Shown here piece by piece: positions 43,287-54,421 of a DNA stretch of 61,905 nt (position 1 is its first letter; every line of letters begins with the position of its first letter). A model generated the notes under the pieces. The model was not told the origin of the DNA. It made no database searches and was given only the letters and a program-made list of their open reading frames with translations. A program made the translations under genes and the position numbers. Origin of the DNA: Nitrosopumilales archaeon (GTDB lineage: Archaea; Thermoproteota; Nitrososphaeria; Nitrososphaerales; Nitrososphaeraceae); contig WJXE01000001.1 in the NCBI GenBank assembly GCA_009665115.1, forward strand, positions 1-61,905. Direction: 5' to 3'.

Positions 43287-43338
43287 CAGTCAGACAACTA
43301 CTTATTGAGGATATAAATGATACCATGAAGGCATCATT

Positions 43339-43863
43339 TTGAGAGACAGGCAGAGTAGCATTACAAATGTCATCCTGAACAAAACTCATCATGAAAATAA
43401 AACGAAAAAAGGCGAGCCGGTCACTTTGGATTTGAGTTTTAAGATTGACGGAAATATCCGAGAAGTTTTTAATCCGAAGATGTGGGAGACAGCGTACGAT
43501 AAGCATGATAACGTATTCAGGATGTCTATATCCGTCGCGCTGAAGGTGAAAAGAAGGAAGATCTTCCTAACCAAGATTACAAGAAAGGCACCGATGTTCT
43601 GGACACGTAGCCCCAAGATCCCATTCCGAATATGGGTATCGATTATTAGAGATGATACTCCGTTTTATCCCGTCACAATTGAGGAGGCAAAATCATTCTT
43701 ATTTGATATCAATAAAATATTCAAAATAGAGACGAATAATCTTAATCATGGGAACCACACAATCTACGCCGATATCAAAGTTTCTTGGGGGAGGCATTAC
43801 TATACCGAACCTGAAGAAATCTCAATTGTTTCGAACACCATAGATTTGTATATCGAAGACTAA
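43339..43863 (+). CDS. Hypothetical protein
   Basis: 174-aa ORF; no motif recognised. Confidence 0.7.
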   Translation: MRDRQSSITNVILNKTHHENKTKKGEPVTLDLSFKIDGNIREVFNPKMWETAYDKHDNVFRMSISVALKVKRRKIFLTKITRKAPMFWTRSPKIPFRIWVSIIRDDTPFYPVTIEEAKSFLFDINKIFKIETNNLNHGNHTIYADIKVSWGRHYYTEPEEISIVSNTIDLYIED

Positions 43864-44137
43864 CATATTCCGCCTATAAAGATGATTACTCTGCCATAAC
43901 AGACGTCCCGTCAATGTCAGAGATGTGTTATAGTAGATAGCATTATAAGACTGGCTGGGATATTGCACGACGTCTTCGTGAACTAGATACCAATTGCTTT
44001 CGCTAGGACTTTATGCTTCTGCGCCCTAGGTGTTACCCATTATATTGGTATAATCTCGAGCAACAACTTGTTAGGAGAGCAATTGTTAGATAAATGAGAA
44101 GAGGTTTGTACAAAAGTTCATTATTAGAAAGGATTTC

Positions 44138-45634
44138 CTAAATGACACTTACATCATGAGGATGACTCTCGGTGTAACCAGCTGGTGTAATTTTGATAAA
44201 CTCAGCGTTACTTTGCATTTCAGAGATCGTTTTTGCGCCGCAATAACTTAGCCCGGACTTTATCCCTCCTACAGCTTGCCTAATAATCTCAACTACGCTC
44301 CCCTTGTATGGAACCATCGCTTCAACGCCTTCTGGCACATAATCATTTAGATCATCTGCGTCTGCTGTTTGGCCCCCTTCTTCTCTATATTTTCTGCCTA
44401 GTGACGCATAAAATGAAGCCATTCCTCTATACATTTTATACTTTTTTCCGTTCTTAACGATTGTCTTGCCTGGACTCTCATCGGTTCCACCAAATAAGCT
44501 TCCCACCATGACTGTAGATGCCCCTGCTGCGAGTGCCTTCGTTGAATCGCCAGAGGTTCGTATTCCTCCATCGGAGATTATTGGAATGTTATACTCTTTT
44601 GCAACCTTAATACTATCCATTACTGCCGTTAGCTGGGGAACGCCAGAGCCTGTAATCACCCTCGTAATGCAGATGGATCCAGATCCCACTCCAACTTTCA
44701 CTGCATCAACACCAGCTTTGATCAAGTCTCTAGTTCCTTCGCCTGTCGCAATATTTCCAGCTATTAATTCGCAATATGGAAATGCCTTCTTAATCATATG
44801 CACTGCATTTATCGCATTGTCGCTGTGACCATGTGCAATATCAACGACTATCGCATCAGAGCCAGCTTCCAGGAGCGATTCGGTGCGTTCTAAATAATCA
44901 CCCTTTACTCCTACTGCGGCGCCAACGAGTAATCTACCCTTTTTATCTTTAGAAGCGTATGGATATTGCTCCATTTTCAGTATATCTTTGCTCGTTATAA
45001 GACCGACGATCCGCCGTGTCGCATCAACAACTGGCAGCTTTTCGATTCTGTGATTGTGCAGGATTTCCTTGGCTTGTTCTATAGTGGTCCCCTCCTTTGC
45101 TGTAATCACATCCTTGCTCATCAAGTCTGCAACGTTACTGCTACCATTCTTCTCCAATGTGATATCTCGTTGCGTAATGATGCCGGCAAGTCTTTTTCCG
45201 TCTTCTTCAACGAGAAGTCCTGATACGCCATAATCTATCATCATTTTTTTTGCATCCTTTACGCTCGTAGTCTCCTTAATAGTATAAGGTTGCTCGATAA
45301 CGACTGATTCAGAACGCTTCACTTTCAGAATTTCATCTACTTGATCTTCGATGGTCATGAACCTGTGAACAATCCCGATACCACCTTCCCTTGCGAGTGC
45401 AATCGCCATCCCAGCTTCTGTGATGGTGTCCATATTGGCGCTGATTAACGGGATATTCAGGGAAATATTAGTAGAAAGTCTAGTTCTAAGATCTGTCTGA
45501 GATCTTGATATGACGGCAGATCTTTTTGGGACTAGGAGAACGTCGTCAAACGTTAGCCCGTCTTTGATTTGCAAATTTTCCTTGATAAGGTGGTGGCGTG
45601 TAGCGTTATAAGCCTTCCTGTCGAGAGCGCTCAA
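44138..45634 (-). CDS. guaB: IMP dehydrogenase
   Basis: [13 protein letters not shown] pair, [17 protein letters not shown] and VPEGVE. Confidence 0.98.
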   Translation of the reverse strand: MSALDRKAYNATRHHLIKENLQIKDGLTFDDVLLVPKRSAVISRSQTDLRTRLSTNISLNIPLISANMDTITEAGMAIALAREGGIGIVHRFMTIEDQVDEILKVKRSESVVIEQPYTIKETTSVKDAKKMMIDYGVSGLLVEEDGKRLAGIITQRDITLEKNGSSNVADLMSKDVITAKEGTTIEQAKEILHNHRIEKLPVVDATRRIVGLITSKDILKMEQYPYASKDKKGRLLVGAAVGVKGDYLERTESLLEAGSDAIVVDIAHGHSDNAINAVHMIKKAFPYCELIAGNIATGEGTRDLIKAGVDAVKVGVGSGSICITRVITGSGVPQLTAVMDSIKVAKEYNIPIISDGGIRTSGDSTKALAAGASTVMVGSLFGGTDESPGKTIVKNGKKYKMYRGMASFYASLGRKYREEGGQTADADDLNDYVPEGVEAMVPYKGSVVEIIRQAVGGIKSGLSYCGAKTISEMQSNAEFIKITPAGYTESHPHDVSVI

Positions 45635-45794
45635 CCCTCAATTTTAATTAGCATTAAAGTGTTCGGATATGTTACTTGCAAATTGGATTATGTATGGAAT
45701 TTCTTACATGTTATTTCCTCATCAGAATTATATCCCAATACCAACAGATTAAAATATTATCATAAGTGTCGTTTATAGGAGGACCCGACGCTCG

Positions 45795-46472
45795 TTGAAA
45801 TCGCAGAAGTGTAATATCGCAATATTTGACACGTTCAAGACTCGAAACAACAAGATTACTGGGGAGGCAAGAAGGCAGCGAGGAATAATAGCTCATCTTG
45901 CGACAGAGCGGAGCCCGGAGCTACGAACAAGGACTTCAATAGCACATATTATTGCCGATAGACACGGCATTTTATGGCAAAACATATACTCTGGAATTTT
46001 CAGAGATCTTGACGAAGTGTTAATCCCATCAGGTGTTGTCATAGAAGGGGGCAGATTGCCGTTGCGGCGCGGTCCCAAAGCTTTGCAGATGGAGGGTGTC
46101 CCTTTCTATGAATTGAGTGAAACAGGGCTTCTTGTTGCTTCTTCAATAGAAGAGATAGGTCCTAGTAGAACGAAAATGTTAGAGTCATATATTAGATCTC
46201 TTCCGAGTGGTACTCCTGACTACGAAATAATGCGGGAAGGGATTTTATTGCTAATCAGATTCTTTCCATCTTTCGCATGCAAAATTATCAATGAATATGT
46301 CCGCGCATTTACCCTAGGTTTAATCGAAGGTATTACTCCGATGGATATCAGTAAACTGCGCTCGGTGATTTCAGCCCAGATAGGACTAGAAAAGGAACTT
46401 ATAGAGTCTTTTGATCGGCTGCAATCCGATCAAAAGCAAACTATTAGCAGGTTTATCAATCTCATCAGCTGA
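45795..46472 (+). CDS. Conserved hypothetical protein
   Basis: 225-aa ORF (GRLPLRRGPKALQ..G.P.Y.L); function unknown. Confidence 0.75.
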   Translation: MKSQKCNIAIFDTFKTRNNKITGEARRQRGIIAHLATERSPELRTRTSIAHIIADRHGILWQNIYSGIFRDLDEVLIPSGVVIEGGRLPLRRGPKALQMEGVPFYELSETGLLVASSIEEIGPSRTKMLESYIRSLPSGTPDYEIMREGILLLIRFFPSFACKIINEYVRAFTLGLIEGITPMDISKLRSVISAQIGLEKELIESFDRLQSDQKQTISRFINLIS

Positions 46473-46479
46473 AGAATCA

Positions 46480-46662
46480 CTACTGACCTTTATAACCACA
46501 TCCAACACATTGATATTTATTTAACTTTCCTTTACATTGTTCGCAACGCCAAATTTTTTCAGTTTTACACTTAGGACATATAAAATTTTCCGATAGCTCG
46601 CCTGGACGCACTCCTTCACCGCACGCGGTGCATTTTGGGATTTCGTATGAGCCTGCGTACAT
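46480..46662 (-). CDS. Small zinc-ribbon protein (DUF1610-like)
   Basis: CTAC, FICPKC, IWRCEQC and Y.CVGCG..G: four CxxC pairs. Confidence 0.85.
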   Translation of the reverse strand: MYAGSYEIPKCTACGEGVRPGELSENFICPKCKTEKIWRCEQCKGKLNKYQCVGCGYKGQ

Positions 46663-46956
46663 CTATATACGCATTAGCTATTACCCTTATTTTTAATTTT
46701 ATTACACGCAAGGAAGAAGCGATTGAAAGTCGGATTTTAAAATCTGACGGCATTACCGATAACGATCAGATCGTATCCTGACAAACCTTTTGTATAGTAG
46801 AACTCATCAGATCCTTTCTCAAGGTTTTCTAAGAAGTATTTCTCGATTCGATATGAATCGTCCAATGCGTATTTGATACTGAAAGTAAGTAAGATATCTA
46901 TCAATAAAATATAACACTTATTCTTTTTTACTCGGCAAAGAAAATTACTCCCAATC

Positions 46957-47679
46957 ATGGGCAGATACCAAGTAGCGAACTATGTCGGGGTTTTCGGCTT
47001 TACTATCATCAGCATATTATTAATATTGTCAAAATCAGTCTCTCCGATAGGCGAATTTCCGCCAATGGCAATAGCACAACAAGGAATAAAGGACATGACA
47101 AACGCCACACATTTTACAGCGAAAGGCGGAGTCTCTAATCAGACTATTGAATCCGTAATGGGCGCTTTCATGAGTCCGAAATCATTGATGGCCTCTGCAA
47201 TTGATCAAATTCGTAACAGCACGGCAAAAAATAATACAAATGCCAGAACTAATTCTGGAATTATGTTTGTTAGGGACTCGGATACAGTTCTGCTATCACA
47301 TCAGATTCTCCCTCCAAAAGACTTTATACATATTTACGACACGACGCCGTATAAGATAATGAATGGGTATTTGACTGCGAAGCTTCCCTGTGATACGAAT
47401 TCTCAAAGTCCGGTGGAGATACTAGTCGGCCAGCTCACAAATCTTAAGCCGGCAAAATTGGGGATAGTCAAAGAATTGTCGAAGCCCGGATATATGTGCA
47501 TGTATTATGCCGATCTCTCACCGTCTGGATTGCTGGCCAAGGCGAATAACTCAACATCGATCACGGATATAGCACTTTTTAACCCTACTGGTTACAGAGT
47601 TATACTATTAAACACGAGTACTATCGTTGTTGGAGTCAACGGAATTATGCCTTTAACAGAATCAAGTAAAATGCAATGA
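46957..47679 (+). CDS. Hypothetical secreted or membrane-anchored protein
   Basis: Signal-like N-terminus; DFIHIYDTTPYKI, KLPCD, CMYY and ITDIAL.N. Confidence 0.75.
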   Translation: MGRYQVANYVGVFGFTIISILLILSKSVSPIGEFPPMAIAQQGIKDMTNATHFTAKGGVSNQTIESVMGAFMSPKSLMASAIDQIRNSTAKNNTNARTNSGIMFVRDSDTVLLSHQILPPKDFIHIYDTTPYKIMNGYLTAKLPCDTNSQSPVEILVGQLTNLKPAKLGIVKELSKPGYMCMYYADLSPSGLLAKANNSTSITDIALFNPTGYRVILLNTSTIVVGVNGIMPLTESSKMQ

Positions 47680-47823
47680 CCTTGGGGAACTAAGATGTGA
47701 ATGCGACTCATCAAATAATCAACTAAATAGATCCTAAAAATGTAGAAGCTGGCTTTACTCAAACCATCGATTGTCATTCAAAATTCGAATTACACGACTG
47801 AAGCCATTATGACCCAGGTATGA

Positions 47824-48783
47824 TCAATTAGACTCACTGTATGGAATGTCGACTACCTTCAGATCTTCTGCAGCTTCAACGTTTTCGTGGATAGCTCTTG
47901 CTTCATTAATTAATCCAGATGTTTCTTCATATCTCGTGCTGAAGTGAGTAAGGAACAATTTTTTTACCTCTGCTTCCCGTGCCAGCATAGCTGCTTCTGT
48001 CGCTGTAGAATGAAAATTTTTGACCGCCTTTTGATATTTGTCATGACCGTAGGTCGATTCGTAGATGAGCAGGTCACAATTCTTGAAGAAATCTCGCAAT
48101 TTAATGGTGGGTCTTGTGTCGCCAGATATTCCTATTTTTCTGCCAGCCCTCGCAGGTCCAGTCATTTGGCTGGACCTTATCAATTCCCCTTCATAGATAA
48201 TGTCCTGACCGTGCTGCAATTTGCTATAAAGCTCACTCTCTGGGATATGGAACCGTTTAGCCTCACTAATGTTAAAAATTCCTGGTCTATCAAATTCAGT
48301 GAGACAGTAGGAAAATGAAGGGACTAAATGCTTTGATTCGCAACAAGTTATTTGGTAATCTTTCTCTTTTACTACAACACCCTCGCAATCAATCATATGC
48401 ATATTGATGTCAAATAGTAGCCCGAAATTTACTATTCGCATGTTTTCCGTGACAAATTCGGCTAATTTTCCTTGCCCATATATATCGACTGCCATTACCC
48501 TTCCTTGCAAAGACATTGTTTGTAAGAGCCCAAGCAAGCCGACACAATGATCAGCGTGCATATGCGTTATAAAAATTTTCATTCGTTTATTCATTCCTAA
48601 ACCAGCCCTTATGAAATTTCGCTGCATGCCTTCACCGGCATCAAATAACAATAACTCATTTCCTCTTTTTATCACGACTGAAGATAACCCGCGCTCTGCT
48701 GTTGGAGCTGCAGCAGAGGTTCCGAGAAAAATCAACTTCATATCAACCATACTATCCTCGTAAATGCCCCTTGTTATTCTCAA
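47824..48783 (-). CDS. rnz: Ribonuclease Z
   Basis: FLGT...PT, DAGEG.Q, THMHADH, SGDTRP, HST and THFSTRY. Confidence 0.97.
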   Translation of the reverse strand: MRITRGIYEDSMVDMKLIFLGTSAAAPTAERGLSSVVIKRGNELLLFDAGEGMQRNFIRAGLGMNKRMKIFITHMHADHCVGLLGLLQTMSLQGRVMAVDIYGQGKLAEFVTENMRIVNFGLLFDINMHMIDCEGVVVKEKDYQITCCESKHLVPSFSYCLTEFDRPGIFNISEAKRFHIPESELYSKLQHGQDIIYEGELIRSSQMTGPARAGRKIGISGDTRPTIKLRDFFKNCDLLIYESTYGHDKYQKAVKNFHSTATEAAMLAREAEVKKLFLTHFSTRYEETSGLINEARAIHENVEAAEDLKVVDIPYSESN

Positions 48784-48884
48784 CGCGAATAGTATATACT
48801 TTTTACGTTGAATAGTAGACTCCTGTATTTCTTGTGATAATCACTCGTTATTGTTGTCGACGCTGCGTAGATTTCGATACATTA

Positions 48885-49802
48885 TTACCATAAGTGCTTC
48901 TTCGTGTCAATAATAGCCTTCAGCTTAGTAGTTATAAGAGGGGCTAGGTCGACTTTCGCATTAATCCCGGGGACCGAATTAGTCGAAATGATCTCTTCTA
49001 CCCCAGCGGCTTTGATTCTTGTTGTCGCATCTCCGATCAACAACGCATGAGTACAAATTGCATAAATTTTGTTGGGGTTGTACCTCCTTAGAAATCTGCA
49101 AGCTTCTACAATGCTTTCGCCAGTGCTCATCATGTCGTCTAAAAGAATCAGATCCCTACCAAGCACGCTAGAATTTAATTCTTTTTCTTCAATAATGACT
49201 TCCGCGGTATCCTTGTTTCGACTTTTCTTTAAGGCAACCATATCTGTTCCCAGCATCCTAGCGAATTTGACTGCCCTTTTAGCACCTCCCATATCTGGCG
49301 ATACTACAATTGGCGCATTTGGTTTGATTTTGACAGCAGCATAGTCTGCCAAAAGACCAACAGCGCTGATGTTTTGCGTATCAATCGTAAAATACGATAA
49401 CGAAGCCGGACTATGTATGTCCACCGTGATTAATCGCTTGGTTCCTACCGTTTCGATCAATTTGGCTACTAAAGCCATGCTTGCCACTTCTCCATCCAAA
49501 AATGCTCGGTCTTGGCGTGAATATGCCATATATGGCATAACTGCACACACGTTTGCGGCTCCATCCTCTGAACACCTTTTTATCATCATTAGTGCTTGTA
49601 AAAGATGCCTGTCCGTTGGAGGATAGGTCGACTGTACTACTATGCAATAATCTTTGTCAACCCTTCTCATTTTAATTTTGCTCTCGCCGTCCGGAAATAT
49701 CCTGAGGTCAACCGGCACTAATTCAGCATCTAGATGCTTTGCGATTGCGGTAGCCAGATCGAGAGATGATGGTCCTGCTATTATTGAGACATCTTTGTAC
49801 AA
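48885..49802 (-). CDS. prs: Ribose-phosphate pyrophosphokinase
   Basis: FPDGE, PYMAYSRQDR, VSPDMGG and DDMMSTG. Confidence 0.97.
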   Translation of the reverse strand: MYKDVSIIAGPSSLDLATAIAKHLDAELVPVDLRIFPDGESKIKMRRVDKDYCIVVQSTYPPTDRHLLQALMMIKRCSEDGAANVCAVMPYMAYSRQDRAFLDGEVASMALVAKLIETVGTKRLITVDIHSPASLSYFTIDTQNISAVGLLADYAAVKIKPNAPIVVSPDMGGAKRAVKFARMLGTDMVALKKSRNKDTAEVIIEEKELNSSVLGRDLILLDDMMSTGESIVEACRFLRRYNPNKIYAICTHALLIGDATTRIKAAGVEEIISTNSVPGINAKVDLAPLITTKLKAIIDTKKHLW

Positions 49803-49924
49803 ATCGTACTCAGCTTCTTACACATTCTTAAAAATGTTGATTAGTTGGCGATCCAGGTCGACGCATTAGAAAATATTCTTACACGCCTAGCCTAATACAG
49901 AATCGAGATAAATGATCAACAATG

Positions 49925-50494
49925 CTAATCTATCTTTCCAATCAGATGATCCTTTAACCACACATACAACGGAATTATAGGATGTTGAAATGGCAAGGAC
50001 TTCTCATTTTTTCTGTTGAAGCCTAGCATTATCATCCTACCTTCAAGATAATTTCTTAAATCCTTCAATAGCTCCTGTCCTTTAAGTGGTCCATAAATCT
50101 GGAAAAAATATTCCTGATTATAGTAAGAGACGTGCTGCATAAAGCAATATGATAACATAGTAGGATCGTTAAGTATGCGCTCCTTATGAACCGCTTTCTT
50201 CTCTTCTGTCCTGATTTGTAACTCTCTTTCAAAGTATCCACTGCGTATAAATTCTGTGTTCATTCTTGTTTTTGGACTATTCTTGTAACCTTCGATTTCG
50301 AGATAGAATTTATTGACAGTTTCTGATGCCAAGTCCATTACTTCCCATTTTTCATTATCATCAACTTTACTAGGTCTTCCGAATAGGAACAGGACACACA
50401 TTAGCTCATAACCTTCAACAAACGGAAAATCTTGTTTCCCTATTAAGAATTCGCCTATGCGCTCTGAAATATTTTCCGGAAGAATGATGCGCAT
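49925..50494 (-). CDS. Hypothetical protein
   Basis: ORF 49925..50590; likely start at MRIILPEN (50494). Confidence 0.7.
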   Translation of the reverse strand: MRIILPENISERIGEFLIGKQDFPFVEGYELMCVLFLFGRPSKVDDNEKWEVMDLASETVNKFYLEIEGYKNSPKTRMNTEFIRSGYFERELQIRTEEKKAVHKERILNDPTMLSYCFMQHVSYYNQEYFFQIYGPLKGQELLKDLRNYLEGRMIMLGFNRKNEKSLPFQHPIIPLYVWLKDHLIGKID

Positions 50495-50589
50495 ATGTGA
50501 ACTCTGTCGCTGCACTCGTTTATTATATGGATTGATAAATATATAAGATGTGTATGCTTTATAGTTACTCAGAACTGGATTATTGAACA

Positions 50590-50895
50590 ATGTCAGAGGC
50601 AGGCGTTAAAACCGTTTATCTAATTGTTCATGGGCAAAAGCAACTACTCGAGCAGGTAATAGAAAAACTAGTTGCACGAGGGTTCCAACGGAGTAATATG
50701 CAACCAGCGAGTCTTGAAAAGGCAGGAAATAAAGGAGATTTTGTCGCGATGGTTTGGCCTCCTAGTGCGCCCAAGGAGATCGTTGTTAGTGAGATCACGG
50801 GGAATCGCGCAAGTGAAAGTCAAGACATAACGATTGACCTTGGCGCCTGGACTTCCGTTGGTCAAAAGGAATTATATCGAATATCTCTTCGATGA
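50590..50895 (+). CDS. Hypothetical protein
   Basis: 101-aa ORF, divergent from the previous gene. Confidence 0.65.
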   Translation: MSEAGVKTVYLIVHGQKQLLEQVIEKLVARGFQRSNMQPASLEKAGNKGDFVAMVWPPSAPKEIVVSEITGNRASESQDITIDLGAWTSVGQKELYRISLR

Positions 50896-50944
50896 TACAT
50901 TCTTCCCCAGGGAAGAACGTTCTTATCTAGAAAAAAAGCCGAGC

Positions 50945-51481
50945 TCAATGGGCATGTGGCGGCGGAGCACTACCTTTTGAGAGAGCTTCGTTGAATGTAC
51001 CTGATGCTTTTTCGTGGAATTCAAGATTAGACTGATCTACTTTAATTGCCTGAGGCGGGCAAACTGAGACACAGGCCATACACCAAATACAATCGTGTTC
51101 CCTGACAGGGTCGGCCTTGTCTGTGTAGTCTTTTCTCTCCTCTTTTACTGTGCTACCAGTTCCAGCACTCGTTTCGTTCACCATCTTAGAAGGTGGTACA
51201 TCTTGCTCAGTTCTGTACCACTGAAAGACTTGTACAGGACAGGCCTCAATACACGCACCGTCTGCTACACATGAGTCCCAGTCAACTGCGACCATAGTGC
51301 CATGTATTCCTGCTGGAGCGATATCCTCTCCTCTAGCAGTAAATGCAGCTTTTACCTCTTCATTTTCAGCAGCCTCCGCTGTTTTACCTGGTCCCCACAC
51401 ATAGTGATAATGCTCTCCGTCAGAATGCATATGTTTACCAATTACTTGATTATTTTTTGGAAAGTCTGGATCTATTGGCAT
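50945..51481 (-). CDS. Dicluster ferredoxin with His-rich N-terminus (zinc-containing ferredoxin-like)
   Basis: CVADGAC...CP and CIWCMAC...CP; N-terminal HMHSDGEHYH. Confidence 0.9.
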   Translation of the reverse strand: MPIDPDFPKNNQVIGKHMHSDGEHYHYVWGPGKTAEAAENEEVKAAFTARGEDIAPAGIHGTMVAVDWDSCVADGACIEACPVQVFQWYRTEQDVPPSKMVNETSAGTGSTVKEERKDYTDKADPVREHDCIWCMACVSVCPPQAIKVDQSNLEFHEKASGTFNEALSKGSAPPPHAH

Positions 51482-51600
51482 ATCTATCTGTCAGATAGTC
51501 GAGATTACATATTATATAAACCATATGTGAACGGAAGACATGAATATCCTCTACTCGCGTTGTTATCTTACGTTAGCGATTGTTCTGATTAATGGATGCA

Positions 51601-52782
51601 TTACACAATCTTTTCAAATAAGACAGTCAATTCGTCGCCCTGTAGTTTCGCTTTGGCAAGTTTCATACCCGTAGTGGCAGCAGGAAGGGGCACTGTATTC
51701 ACCATATAGCCGACTCGAGTTTTCACCTTTATTGTAAGCTTATCACTATAACGCTCAACATCAAAGTCATCTTTCTCTGTGAACGGAACTTTGACTGTCA
51801 TTCGTAATAAAGAATTCTCTTTAGCAAAGTGAAATACGTTTCCACGAAAGAGCACATCAGCCGGATCTTGATTTTCGAACATCAGTTGACCATTTTCTCG
51901 CAACATTTCGATCCCCCGTAATTCAGTGCCATAGAGTTTAACCTCCTTTACAGGGAGTGGGTAAAAGTTTGCTTTGGCCTCCTCTATCTTTACTCTTTGA
52001 AAATCTGCCCACTCGGCATAGTATAGATCTGAGCTCCCCCCAGGCATAATCTTATTGATTATTGCAAGATCTACATTTATGCCATAAAGACTGGCAGACA
52101 TGAATGCTCTCTTAGCATTCTCTATGCTGAATGTGTCAGGATTGGTAACTAGTCTTATACTCGTTATGTCCTGGTTCATCATGATCATATTTAGGTTGTC
52201 TAATTTGGCAAGTAACTCGAGTTCATTTTCCAGAACATTTTGTGGAGGCGTAGGTAGCCGCGACAGAGGCTGGAATATTCGGGCAAAGCCACTGAACATC
52301 CCCACCAATCCGGTAAGTTTCCTTCCAATACTGCCGACTAATTTAGGAAAATAGAGATATCGTAATGCCTCGCCTGAAGCAGCCATGTCAAGAACCACCG
52401 TGTCAAATCTTTTCGTGCGAGATACTTCTTCTATTTTCAATAATGAAAATAATTGAGTCATTCCTGGCAACATGGCAAGCTCGTACGCTAAAGTTTCATC
52501 AATACCCCGTGCATGAAACAAGGTTGCCATGTACGAGAGAATCGTTGTATATTGTTTGTTCATCTCCATTAGCGGGTCGATCTGCAGTGCTTGCAAATTC
52601 GTGAGAATTTCTTTTGGTTCATAGCCCAGGTCGGGCATCGCGAATGCGTCGGTTAAAGTGTGAGCAGGATCGGATGAGATCAATAATGTACGGTATTTAT
52701 TCTCCGCAAGTTTTATGGCTGTCGAGCATGCACTTACGGTTTTCCCGGTGCCCCCCTTGCCTGTATAAATTATTAACCGCAA
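51601..52782 (-). CDS. ArsA/GET3 family ATPase
   Basis: GKGGTGKT, SSDPAHTL and LPG; HSP20-like C-terminal domain. Confidence 0.9.
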   Translation of the reverse strand: MRLIIYTGKGGTGKTVSACSTAIKLAENKYRTLLISSDPAHTLTDAFAMPDLGYEPKEILTNLQALQIDPLMEMNKQYTTILSYMATLFHARGIDETLAYELAMLPGMTQLFSLLKIEEVSRTKRFDTVVLDMAASGEALRYLYFPKLVGSIGRKLTGLVGMFSGFARIFQPLSRLPTPPQNVLENELELLAKLDNLNMIMMNQDITSIRLVTNPDTFSIENAKRAFMSASLYGINVDLAIINKIMPGGSSDLYYAEWADFQRVKIEEAKANFYPLPVKEVKLYGTELRGIEMLRENGQLMFENQDPADVLFRGNVFHFAKENSLLRMTVKVPFTEKDDFDVERYSDKLTIKVKTRVGYMVNTVPLPAATTGMKLAKAKLQGDELTVLFEKIV

Positions 52783-52830
52783 TATTCGTTCTCGCGCATC
52801 TTAAGTAATAAAAAGTATACAGGGTTCAAT

Positions 52831-53946
52831 TCAAATCGCCTTCTCAATGCTAGTTGCAATACGCTCCAAATCCTCTGCGCCCATAAAAGAATGCACAGGT
52901 AATGAGAGAACATGCTCGCTCGCCCAATCGGTGTTAGGAAGACCTTTTGTTGATGTAATCGTCTGATAGTATGGGGTTTTGTGCACCGGTGGATTATAAT
53001 ATACCGTTGCACCAATTTTATCACTTGCCAGTGCCCGTCGGACCTTCTCTCTAAGGTAGTCTTTTTGAAAAGTAACCGTGTACAGATACCAGTTAAACCT
53101 TTTTTTCGCAGTTTCGTGCGGGATATTTATTCTCCTTTCCTCTGCCAAAGGGAGGAGTAAGCCTGTCAACACATTCGCGTTCCTCCTCCGAAGATCCAGC
53201 AATTTTTGTAATTTATCCATTTGCGCTTTGGCAAGAGCAGCACTCAATTCTGGGAGCCTCAGGTTGAGGCCTAAAACACGTGTGTCATAGCCTTCGACCA
53301 TTCCATGATTCCTAATCATCTTTATCTTATTTGCCAAGTTATCATCATTAGTTGCTACTGCACCCCCTTCGCCAGCAGTCAATACTTTGCTTGCATAAAA
53401 GCTAAAACAACCCAGTTTTCCGAGTGTTCCTGTTTGCGCATTTCTATATAGAGATCCAAGCGATTGACAGGCATCTTCGATTATATCTAGTGAGTGTGCA
53501 TACGCAATCTCCGAAATTTCATCCATATCAGCCGGATGACCATAGAGATGCACTGGTATGATAGCCTTTGATTTTTTTGTAATTTTTGTCTTTAGGTCGG
53601 CGATATCAATCGTATAGTCTTCTCTGTTGATGTCTACGAACACAGGCTTAGCGCCGGCAGCAACAACAGAATTTGCGGTTGCAACAAATGTGAATGACGG
53701 CAGTAGTACTTCATCACCTTGACCAATCCCCAAGGCGAGCAATGCAGAATACAACGCAGCGGTTCCAGAATTGACACTTACTACGTTTTGGACTTTAAGA
53801 TAATCTTTCAGAAGGCGTTCTAGAGCCTGAACTCGTTTCCCGCCATCTTTTGCTGCGGATGTAAGAGCACTTTCATCTAAAACACTCAATACTTCACGCT
53901 TTTCTTCCTCACCAATCCAAGGCTGGTTAATTGGTATCATAGACAA
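52831..53946 (-). CDS. DegT/DnrJ/EryC1/StrS family PLP aminotransferase
   Basis: NSGTAAL, EDACQSLG, SFYASK..TAGEGG and LSLPVH. Confidence 0.95.
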   Translation of the reverse strand: MSMIPINQPWIGEEEKREVLSVLDESALTSAAKDGGKRVQALERLLKDYLKVQNVVSVNSGTAALYSALLALGIGQGDEVLLPSFTFVATANSVVAAGAKPVFVDINREDYTIDIADLKTKITKKSKAIIPVHLYGHPADMDEISEIAYAHSLDIIEDACQSLGSLYRNAQTGTLGKLGCFSFYASKVLTAGEGGAVATNDDNLANKIKMIRNHGMVEGYDTRVLGLNLRLPELSAALAKAQMDKLQKLLDLRRRNANVLTGLLLPLAEERRINIPHETAKKRFNWYLYTVTFQKDYLREKVRRALASDKIGATVYYNPPVHKTPYYQTITSTKGLPNTDWASEHVLSLPVHSFMGAEDLERIATSIEKAI

Positions 53947-54421
53947 GTGTATGAAAATTACTCGGATAAAGGTATACTGCTTATCAATAAACCTGCTACA
54001 TTTGTGTCTGCAATATTTGTATTACTCAGGCCGGGGAGCTTGTGAATTCTGAGTGATGCTGAGTTAGGATGGAGCAATACTGTAGTATTTTCTGGTTCCA
54101 TAAAAAAGCCCAGTACGCAAATGCCCTCTCGCCAGCCATACAAGCTGCCTACTAGCCTTATTGCAATCGATGGATGAGTTAATAGATGATGACTTTGACA
54201 GGAGATTTGGATGTCATTCTTAAAATACCGGCTTCTGCGAATTCGTAAGTTTACTAGAAACAAGATCTATCTTGTAATTCGATATCTTTTATTTTTATAC
54301 CTTAAATTGAAGGTTAGATTAGGATGGTATTAAGAGAAATCCGCTCATTTCTTAGCTCATTGACTTAGTAGTATACCAGTATACTTATTACACAAAAACC
54401 TTTTTAGACCAACTCAGCCAT

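Noticed and set aside
54180-54240. ATGATGA as a possible C box of a C/D sRNA
   Set aside because: No matching CTGA D box at a suitable distance
53958-54263. 101-aa ORF between the DegT gene and guaA
   Set aside because: No recognisable motif or convincing start; possibly spurious or decayed
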